Assembly: GCA_964057225.1 (NCBI GenBank)
Contig: OZ059898.1
Coordinates: 18,724,001 to 18,788,000 of the forward strand
Length of the DNA stretch: 64,000 nucleotides
Origin: Auanema rhodensis
Lineage: Eukaryota > Animalia > Nematoda
Reading direction: 5' to 3'
The position numbers were made by a program, and so were the translations under genes. The notes under the pieces were generated by a model. It ran no database searches and was not told where the DNA came from. It saw only the letters and a program-made list of their open reading frames with translations. Shown piece after piece: positions 53,801-64,000 of the stretch; the first letter of the stretch is position 1, and each line of letters opens with the position of its first letter.

Positions 53801-56800
53801 TGTGCACTTGGTATGTAACTCGCTTCACGTGAAAGATAAATGGATGCGGTTTTCAAAATTAGATTCCCCATGCCCATATTAGTCTAAAAACAAATTTTTA
53901 TTGATATTGGTGCATGGCAACCATGACTTTAAAATTTACGTGTACTTTAATTTATGCTAATTAAGTGTACACATGATGTGCACTTGGTATGTAACTCGCT
54001 TCACGTCAAAGATAAAGAGATGCGGTTTTCAAAATTAGATTCCCCATGTCCATATTAGTCTAAAAACAAATTTTTATTAATATTGGTGCATGGTAACCAT
54101 GACTTTGAAATTTACGTGAACTTTAATTTATGCTAATTAAGTGTACACGTGATGTGCACTTGGTATGTAACTCGCTTCACGAGAAAGATAAAGAGATGCG
54201 GTTTTCAAAATTAGATTCCTCATGCCCATATTAGTCTAAAAACAAATTTTTATTGATATTGGTGCATGGCAACCATGACTTTAAAATTTACGTGTACTTT
54301 AATTTATGCTAATTAAGTGTACACATGATGTGCACTTGGTATGTAACTCGCTTCACGTGAAAGATAAAGTGATGCGGTTTTCAAAATTAGATTCCGCATG
54401 TCCATATTAGTCTAAAAACAAATTTTTATTGATATTGGTGCATGGCAACCATGACTTTAAAATTTACGTGTACTTTAATTTATGCTAATTAAGTGTACAC
54501 ATGATGTGCACTTGGTATGTAACTCGCTTCACGTCAAAGATAAAGAGATGGGGTTTTCAAAATTAGATTCCCCATGTCCATATTAGTCTAAAAACAAATT
54601 TTTATTAATATTGGTGCATGGTAACCATGACTTTGAAATTTACGTGAACTTTAATTTATGCTTATTAAGTGTACACGTGATGTGCACTTGGTATGTAACT
54701 CGCTTCACGTGAAAGATAAAGGGATGCGGTTTTCAAAATTAGATTCCCCATGTCCATATTAGTCTAAAAACAAATTATTATTGATATTGGTGCATGGTAA
54801 CCATGACTTTAAAATCAACGTGAACTTTAATTTATGCTAATTAAGTGTACACATGATGTGCACTTGGTATGTAACTCGCTTCACGTGAAAGATAAAGAGA
54901 TGCGGTTTTCAAAATTAGATTCCGCATGTCCATATTAGTCTAAAAACAAATTTTTATTGATATTGGTGCATGCTAACCATGACTTTGAAATTTACGTGAA
55001 CTTTAATTTATGCTAATTAAGTGTACACGTGATGTGCACTTGGTATGTAACTCGCTTCACGTGAAAGATAAAGAGATGCGGTTTTCAAAATTAGATTCCC
55101 CATGTCCATATTAGTCTAAAAACAAATTTTTATTGATATTGGTGCATGGCAACCATGACTTTAAAATTTACGTGTACTTTAATTTGTGCTAATTAAGTGT
55201 ACACATGATGTGCACTTGGTATGTAACTCGCTTCACGAGAAAGATAAAAAGGTGCGGTTTTCAAATTTAGATTTCGCGTGTCCATATTAGTCTAAAAACA
55301 AATTTTTATTGATATTGGTGCATGGCAACCATGACTTTAAAATTTACGTGTACTTTAATTTGTGCTAATTAAGTGTACACATGATGTGCACTTGGTATGT
55401 AACTCGCTTCACGTGAAAGATAAAGTGATGCGGTTTTCAAAATTAGATTCCGCATGTCCATATTAGTCTAAAAACAAATTTTTATTGATATTGGTGCATG
55501 GTAACCATGACTTTGAAATTTACGTGAACTTTAATTTATGCTAATTAAGTGTACACATGATGTGCACTTGGTATGTAACTCGCTTCACGTCAAAGATAAA
55601 GAGATGCGGTTTTCAAAATTAGATTCCCCATGTCCATATTAGTCTAAAAACAAATTTTTATTGATATTGGTGCATGGTAACCATGACTTTGAAATTTACG
55701 TGAACTTTAATTTATGCTAATTAAGTGTACACGTGATGTGCACTTGGTATGTAACTCGCTTCACGAGAAAGATAAAGAGATGCGGTTTACAAAATTAGAT
55801 TCCTCATGCCCATATTAGTCTAAAAACAAATTTTTATTGATATTGGTGCATGGCAACCATGACTTTAAAATTTACGTGTACTTTAATTTATGCTAATTAA
55901 GTGTACACATGATGTGCACTTGGTATGTAACTCGCTTCACGTGAAAGATAAAGTGATGCGGTTTTCAAAATTAGATTCCGCATGTCCATATTAGTCTAAA
56001 AACAAATTTTTATTGATATTGGTGCATGGCAACCATGACTTTAAAATTTACGTGTACTTTAATTTATGCTAATTAAGTGTACACATGATGTGCACTTGGT
56101 ATGTAACTCGCTTCACGTCAAAGATAAAGAGATGGGGTTTTCAAAATTAGATTCCCCATGTCCATATTAGTCTAAAAACAAATTTTTATTAATATTGGTG
56201 CATGGTAACCATGACTTTGAAATTTACGTGAACTTTAATTTATGCTTATTAAGTGTACACGTGATGTGCACTTGGTATGTAACTCGCTTCACGTGAAAGA
56301 TAAATGGATGCGGTTTTCAAAATTAGATTCCCCACGCCCATATTAGTCTAAAAACAAATTTTTATTGATATTGGTGCATGGCAACCATGACTTTAAAATT
56401 TACGTGTACTTTAATTTATGCTAATTAAGTGTACACATGATGTGCACTTGGTATGTAACTCGCTTCACGTCAAAGATAAAGAGATGCGGTTTTCAAAATT
56501 AGATTCCCCATGTCCATATTAGTCTAAAAACAAATTTTTATTAATATTGGTGCATGGTAACCATGACTTTGAAATTTACGTGAACTTTAATTTATGCTAA
56601 TTAAGTGTACACGTGATGTGCACTTGGTATGTAACTCGCTTCACGAGAAAGATAAAGAGATGCGGTTTTCAAAATTAGATTCCTCATGCCCATATTAGTC
56701 TAAAAACAAATTTTTATTGATATTGGTGCATGGCAACCATGACTTTAAAATTTACGTGTACTTTAATTTATGCTAATTAAGTGTACACATGATGTGCACT

Positions 56801-59300
56801 TGGTATGTAACTCGCTTCACGTGAAAGATAAAGTGATGCGGTTTTCAAAATTAGATTCCGCATGTCCATATTAGTCTAAAAACAAATTTTTATTGATATT
56901 GGTGCATGGCAACCATGACTTTAAAATTTACGTGTACTTTAATTTATGCTAATTAAGTGTACACATGATGTGCACTTGGTATGTAACTCGCTTCACGTCA
57001 AAGATAAAGAGATGGGGTTTTCAAAATTAGATTCCCCATGTCCATATTAGTCTAAAAACAAATTTTTATTAATATTGGTGCATGGTAACCATGACTTTGA
57101 AATTTACGTGAACTTTAATTTATGCTTATTAAGTGTACACGTGATGTGCACTTGGTATGTAACTCGCTTCACGTGAAAGATAAAGGGATGCGGTTTTCAA
57201 AATTAGATTCCCCATGTCCATATTAGTCTAAAAACAAATTATTATTGATATTGGTGCATGGTAACCATGACTTTAAAATCAACGTGAACTTTAATTTATG
57301 CTAATTAAGTGTACACATGATGTGCACTTGGTATGTAACTCGCTTCACGTGAAAGATAAAGAGATGCGGTTTTCAAAATTAGATTCCGCATGTCCATATT
57401 AGTCTAAAAACAAATTTTTATTGATATTGGTGCATGCTAACCATGACTTTGAAATTTACGTGAACTTTAATTTATGCTAATTAAGTGTACACTTGATGTG
57501 CACTTGGTATGTAACTCGCTTCACGTGAAAGATAAAGAGATGCGGTTTTCAAAATTAGATTCCCCATGTCCATATTAGTCTAAAAACAAATTTTTATTGA
57601 TATTGGTGCATGGCAACCATGACTTTAAAATTTACGTGTACTTTAATTTGTGCTAATTAAGTGTACACATGATGTGCACTTGGTATGTAACTCGCTTCAC
57701 GAGAAAGATAAAAAGGTGCGGTTTTCAAATTTAGATTTCGCGTGTCCATATTAGTCTAAAAACAAATTTTTATTGATATTGGTGCATGGTAACCATGACT
57801 TTGAAATTTACGTGAACTTTAATTTATGCTAATTAAGTGTACACGTGATGTGCACTTGGTATGTAACTCGCTTCACGTGAAAGATAAAGAGATGCGGTTT
57901 TCAAAATTAGATTTCGCATGTCCATATTAGTCTAAAAACAAATTTTTATTGATATTGGTGCATGGTAACCATGACTTTGAAATTTACGTGAACTTTAATT
58001 TATGCTAATTAAGTGTACACGTGATGTGCACTTGGTATGTAACTCGCTTCACAAGAAAGATGAAGAGATGCGGTTTTCAAAATTAGATTCCTCATGCCCA
58101 TATTAGTCTAAAAACAAATTTTTATTGATATTGGTGCATGGCAACCATGACTTTAAAATTTACGTGTACTTTAATTTATGCTAATTAAGTGTACACATGA
58201 TGTGCACTTGGTATGTAACTCGCTTCACGTCAAAGATAAAGAGATGCGGTTTTCAAAATTAGATTCCCCATGTCCATATTAGTCTAAAAACAAATTTTTA
58301 TTAATATTGGTGCATGGTAACCATGACTTTGAAATTTACGTGAACTTTAATTTATGCTTATTAAGTGTACACGTGATGTGCACTTGGTATGTAACTCGCT
58401 TCACGTGAAAGATAAAGGGATGCGGTTTTCAAAATTAGATTCCCCATGTCCATATTAGTCTAAAAACAAATTATTATTGATATTGGTGCATGGTAACCAT
58501 GACTTTAAAATCAACGTGAACTTTAATTTATGCTAATTAAGTGTACACATGATGTGCACTTGGTATGTAACTCGCTTCACGTGAAAGATAAAGAGATGCG
58601 GTTTTCAAAATTAGATTCCGCATGTCCATATTAGTCTAAAAACAAATTTTTATTGATATTGGTGCATGCTAACCATGACTTTGAAATTTACGTGAACTTT
58701 AATTTATGCTAATTAAGTGTACACGTGATGTGCACTTGGTATGTAACTCGCTTCACGTGAAAGATAAAGAGATGCGGTTTTCAAAATTAGATTCCCCATG
58801 TCCATATTAGTCTAAAAACAAATTTTTATTGATATTGGTGCATGGCAACCATGACTTTAAAATTTACGTGTACTTTAATTTGTGCTAATTAAGTGTACAC
58901 ATGATGTGCACTTGGTATGTAACTCGCTTCACGAGAAAGATAAAAAGGTGCGGTTTTCAAATTTAGATTTCGCGTGTCCATATTAGTCTAAAAACAAATT
59001 TTTATTGATATTGGTGCATGGTAACCATGACTTTGAAATTTACGTGAACTTTAATTTATGCTAATTAAGTGTACACGTGATGTGCACTTGGTATGTAACT
59101 CGCTTCACAAGAAAGATGAAGAGATGCGGTTTTCAAAATTAGATTCCTCATGCCCATATTAGTCTAAAAACAAATTTTTATTGATATTGGTGCATGGCAA
59201 CCATGACTTTAAAATTTACGTGTACTTTAATTTATGCTAATTAAGTGTACACATGATGTGCACTTGGTATCTAACTCGCTTCACGTGAAAGATAAAGTGA
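50900..59300. repeat. HOR domain 3a: 13/14-monomer unit containing an internal 5-mer repeat
   Basis: The GATGGGGTTTT variant precedes monomer starts 51390, 52270, 53678, 54558, 56142 and 57022 (spacings of 5, 8, 5, 9 and 5 monomers). CCTCATGCCC, AAAATCAACG and GCATGCTAACC variants co-occur. Confidence 0.75.
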
Positions 59301-59399
59301 TGCGGTTTTCAAAATTAGATTCCGCATGTCCATATTAGTCTAAAAACAAATTTTTATTGATATTGGTGCATGGCAACCATGACTTTAAAATTTACGTGT

Positions 59400-62300
59400 A
59401 CTTTAATTTATGCTAATTAAGTGTACACATGATGTGCACTTGGTATGTAACTCGCTTCACGTCAAAGATAAAGAGATGGGGTTTTCAAAATTAGATTCCC
59501 CATGTCCATATTAGTCTAAAAACAAATTTTTATTAATATTGGTGCATGGTAACCATGACTTTGAAATTTACGTGAACTTTAATTTATGCTTATTAAGTGT
59601 ACACGTGATGTGCACTTGGTATGTAACTCGCTTCACGTGAAAGATAAATGGATGCGGTTTTCAAAATTAGATTTCCCATGCCCATATTAGTCTAAAAACA
59701 AATTTTTATTGATATTGGTGCATGGCAACCATGACTTTAAAATTTACGTGTACTTTAATTTATGCTAATTAAGTGTACACATGATGTGCACTTGGTATGT
59801 AACTCGCTTCACGTCAAAGATAAAGAGATGCGGTTTTCAAAATTAGATTCCCCATGTCCATATTAGTCTAAAAACAAATTTTTATTAATATTGGTGCATG
59901 GTAACCATGACTTTGAAATTTACGTGAACTTTAATTTATGCTTATTAAGTGTACACGTGATGTGCACTTGGTATGTAACTCGCTTCACGTGAAAGATAAA
60001 GGGATGCGGTTTTCAAAATTAGATTCCCCATGTCCATATTAGTCTAAAAACAAATTATTATTGATATTGGTGCATGGTAACCATGACTTTAAAATCAACG
60101 TGAACTTTAATTTATGCTAATTAAGTGTACACATGATGTGCACTTGGTATGTAACTCGCTTCACGTCAAAGATAAACAGATGCGGTTTTCAAAATTAGAT
60201 TCCCCATGTCCATATTAGTCTAAAAACAAATTTTTATTGATATTGGTGCATGGTAACCATGACTTTGAAATTTACGTGAACTTTAATTTATGCTAATTAA
60301 GTGTACACATGATGTGCACTTGGTATGTAACTCGCTTCACGTGAAAGATAAAGAGATGCGGTTTTCAAAATTAGATTCCCCATGTCCATATTAGTCTAAA
60401 AACAAATTTTTATTGATATTGGTGCATGGCAACCATGACTTTAAAATTTACGTGTACTTTAATTTATGCTAATTAAGTGTACACATGATGTGCACTTGGT
60501 ATGTAACTCGCTTCACGTCAAAGATAAAGAGATGGGGTTTTTAAAATTAGATTCCCCATGTCCATATTAGTCTAAAAACAAATTTTTATTAATATTGGTG
60601 CATGGTAACCATGACTTTGAAATTTACGTGAACTTTAATTTATGCTTATTAAGTGTACACGTGATGTGCACTTAGTATGTAACTCGCTTCACGTGAAAGA
60701 TAAATGGATGCGGTTTTCAAAATTAGATTTCCCATGCCCATATTAGTCTAAAAACAAATTTTTATTGATATTGGTGCATGGCAACCATGACTTTAAAATT
60801 TACGTGTACTTTAATTTATGCTAATTAAGTGTACACATGATGTGCACTTGGTATGTAACTCGCTTCACGTCAAAGATAAAGAGATGCGGTTTTCAAAATT
60901 AGATTCCCCATGTCCATATTAGTCTAAAAATAAATTTTTATTAATATTGGTGCATGGTAACCATGACTTTGAAATTTACGTGAACTTTAATTTATGCTTA
61001 TTAAGTGTACACGTGATGTGCACTTGGTATGTAACTCGCTTCACGTGAAAGATAAAGGGATGCGGTTTTCAAAATTAGATTCCCCATGTCCATATTAGTC
61101 TAAAAACGAATTATTATTGATATTGGTGCATGGTAACCATGACTTTAAAATCAACGTGAACTTTAATTTATGCTAATTAAGTGTACACATGATGTGCACT
61201 TGGTATGTAACTCGCTTCACGTCAAAGATAAACAGATGCGGTTTTCAAAATTAGATTCCCCATGTCCATATTAGTCTAAAAACAAATTTTTATTGATATT
61301 GGTGCATGGTAACCATGACTTTGAAATTTACGTGAACTTTAATTTATGCTAATTAAGTGTACACATGATGTGCACTTGGTATGTAACTCGCTTCACGTGA
61401 AAGATAAAGAGATGCGGTTTTCAAAATTAGATTCCCCATGTCCATATTAGTCTAAAAACAAATTTTTATTGATATTGGTGCATGGCAACCATGACTTTAA
61501 AATTTACGTGTACTTTAATTTATGCTAATTAAGTGTACACATGATGTGCACTTGGTATGTAACTCGCTTCACGTCAAAGATAAAGAGATGGGGTTTTCAA
61601 AATTAGATTCCCCATGTCCATATTAGTCTAAAAACAAATTTTTATTAATATTGGTGCATGGTAACCATGACTTTGAAATTTACGTGAACTTTAATTTATG
61701 CTTATTAAGTGTACACGTGATGTGCACTTGGTATGTAACTCGCTTCACGTGAAAGATAAATGGATGCGGTTTTCAAAATTAGATTTCCCATGCCCATATT
61801 AGTCTAAAAACAAATTTTTATTGATATTGGTGCATGGCAACCATGACTTTAAAATTTACGTGTACTTTAATTTATGCTAATTAAGTGTACACATGATGTG
61901 CACTTGGTATGTAACTCGCTTCACGTCAAAGATAAAGAGATGCGGTTTTCAAAATTAGATTCCCCATGTCCATATTAGTCTAAAAACAAATTTTTATTAA
62001 TATTGGTGCATGGTAACCATGACTTTGAAATTTACGTGAACTTTAATTTATGCTTATTAAGTGTACACGTGATGTGCACTTGGTATGTAACTCGCTTCAC
62101 GTGAAAGATAAAGGGATGCGGTTTTCAAAATTAGATTCCCCATGTCCATATTAGTCTAAAAACAAATTATTATTGATATTGGTGCATGGTAACCATGACT
62201 TTAAAATCAACGTGAACTTTAATTTATGCTAATTAAGTGTACACATGATGTGCACTTGGTATGTAACTCGCTTCACGTCAAAGATAAACAGATGCGGTTT

Positions 62301-64000
62301 TCAAAATTAGATTCCCCATGTCCATATTAGTCTAAAAACAAATTTTTATTGATATTGGTGCATGGTAACCATGACTTTGAAATTTACGTGAACTTTAATT
62401 TATGCTAATTAAGTGTACACATGATGTGCACTTGGTATGTAACTCGCTTCACGTGAAAGATAAAGAGATGCGGTTTTCAAAATTAGATTCCCCATGTCCA
62501 TATTAGTCTAAAAACAAATTTTTATTGATATTGGTGCATGGCAACCATGACTTTAAAATTTACGTGTACTTTAATTTATGCTAATTAAGTGTACACATGA
62601 TGTGCACTTGGTATGTAACTCGCTTCACGTCAAAGATAAAGAGATGGGGTTTTCAAAATTAGATTCCCCATGTCCATATTAGTCTAAAAACAAATTTTTA
62701 TTAATATTGGTGCATGGTAACCATGACTTTGAAATTTACGTGAACTTTAATTTATGCTTATTAAGTGTACACGTGATGTGCACTTAGTATGTAACTCGCT
62801 TCACGTGAAAGATAAATGGATGCGGTTTTCAAAATTAGATTCCCCATGTCCATATTAGTCTAAAAATAAATTTTTATTAATATTGGTGCATGGTAACCAT
62901 GACTTTGAAATTTACGTGAACTTTAATTTATGCTTATTAAGTGTACACGTGATGTGCACTTAGTATGTAACTCGCTTCACGTGAAAGATAAATGGATGCG
63001 GTTTTCAAAATTAGATTTCCCATGCCCATATTAGTCTAAAAACAAATTTTTATTGATATTGGTGCATGGCAACCATGACTTTAAAATTTACGTGTACTTT
63101 AATTTATGCTAATTAAGTGTACACATGATGTGCACTTGGTATGTAACTCGCTTCACGTCAAAGATAAAGAGATGGGGTTTTCAAAATTAGATTCCCCATG
63201 TCCATATTAGTCTAAAAACAAATTTTTATTAATATTGGTGCATGGTAACCATGACTTTGAAATTTACGTGAACTTTAATTTATGCTTATTAAGTGTACAC
63301 GTGATGTGCACTTAGTATGTAACTCGCTTCACGTGAAAGATAAATGGATGCGGTTTTCAAAATTAGATTTCCCATGCCCATATTAGTCTAAAAACAAATT
63401 TTTATTGATATTGGTGCATGGCAACCATGACTTTAAAATTTACGTGTACTTTAATTTATGCTAATTAAGTGTACACATGATGTGCACTTGGTATGTAACT
63501 CGCTTCACGTCAAAGATAAAGAGATGCGGTTTTCAAAATTAGATTCCCCATGTCCATATTAGTCTAAAAATAAATTTTTATTAATATTGGTGCATGGTAA
63601 CCATGACTTTGAAATTTACGTGAACTTTAATTTATGCTTATTAAGTGTACACGTGATGTGCACTTGGTATGTAACTCGCTTCACGTGAAAGATAAAGGGA
63701 TGCGGTTTTCAAAATTAGATTCCCCATGTCCATATTAGTCTAAAAACAAATTATTATTGATATTGGTGCATGGTAACCATGACTTTAAAATCAACGTGAA
63801 CTTTAATTTATGCTAATTAAGTGTACACATGATGTGCACTTGGTATGTAACTCGCTTCACGTCAAAGATAAACAGATGCGGTTTTCAAAATTAGATTCCC
63901 CATGTCCATATTAGTCTAAAAACAAATTTTTATTGATATTGGTGCATGGTAACCATGACTTTGAAATTTACGTGAACTTTAATTTATGCTAATTAAGTGT
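59400..64000. repeat. HOR domain 3b: 6-monomer (1056 bp) higher-order repeat
   Basis: GATGGGG precedes 59486, 60542, 61598 and 62654, then 63182. AAAATCAACG lies at 60091, 61147, 62203 and 63787; AAACAGATG at ~60175, ~61231, ~62287 and ~63870. Spacings are 1056, 1056, then 1584. Confidence 0.85.

Larger units (their letters stand above)
1..64000. repeat. 176-bp tandem satellite array (363 full monomers + 1 partial), single orientation, probably centromeric or heterochromatic
   Basis: CAAAATTAGA recurs at 1, 177, 353 and so on in exact 176-bp register to 36785. The register then shifts by -1 at each of three 175-bp monomers; the last monomer starts at 63886. Consensus has 58 G+C in 176 bp. 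The array runs off both window edges. The repeat call is direct; the centromeric role is inferred only from the nucleosome-scale unit length and homogeneity. Confidence 0.99.

Noticed and set aside
1-64000. CRISPR-like or other repeat-spacer array, suggested by regularly spaced palindromes
   Set aside because: There are no unique spacers: the whole 176 bp repeats near-identically. No cas or other genes are present.
1-64000. Assignment to a known satellite of similar length (Brassica CentBr, Arabidopsis CEN178, alpha satellite, honeybee AluI)
   Set aside because: Only the length matches. I recognise no sequence similarity or CENP-B box, and the consensus has no AAGCTT or AGCT site. A database search is required.

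Overview
The whole 64 kb window is one uninterrupted, head-to-tail array of an AT-rich (~33% GC) 176-bp satellite: 363 complete monomers plus 115 bp of a 364th. I see no inversion, transposon insertion, gene, RNA gene or CRISPR spacer. Consensus in the phase of position 1: CAAAATTAGATTCCCCATGTCCATATTAGTCTAAAAACAAATTTTTATTGATATTGGTGCATGGTAACCATGACTTTGAAATTTACGTGAACTTTAATTTATGCTAATTAAGTGTACACRTGATGTGCACTTGGTATGTAACTCGCTTCACGTGAAAGATAAAGAGATGCGGTTTT. Monomers differ from it by only a few substitutions. The 176-bp register shifts only three times, each at a copy of one 175-bp variant. Shared rare variants reveal nested higher-order repeats (HORs) in three domains. Domain 1 (~0.5-22.1 kb) is a 34-mer-based HOR with 45- and 39-monomer periods. 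Domain 2 (~22-50 kb) is a ~14.4 kb block duplication with nested 5-, 6-, 10- and 29/30-mer duplications. Domain 3 (~51-64 kb) is a 13/14-mer grading into a 6-mer. The monomer is rich in short dyad symmetries and ACGTG cores. It looks like a eukaryotic centromeric or heterochromatic satellite, but that is inference, and I do not recognise the family or organism. The five supplied ORFs are repeat artefacts. All offsets were read by eye from marker variants, so block boundaries are approximate.
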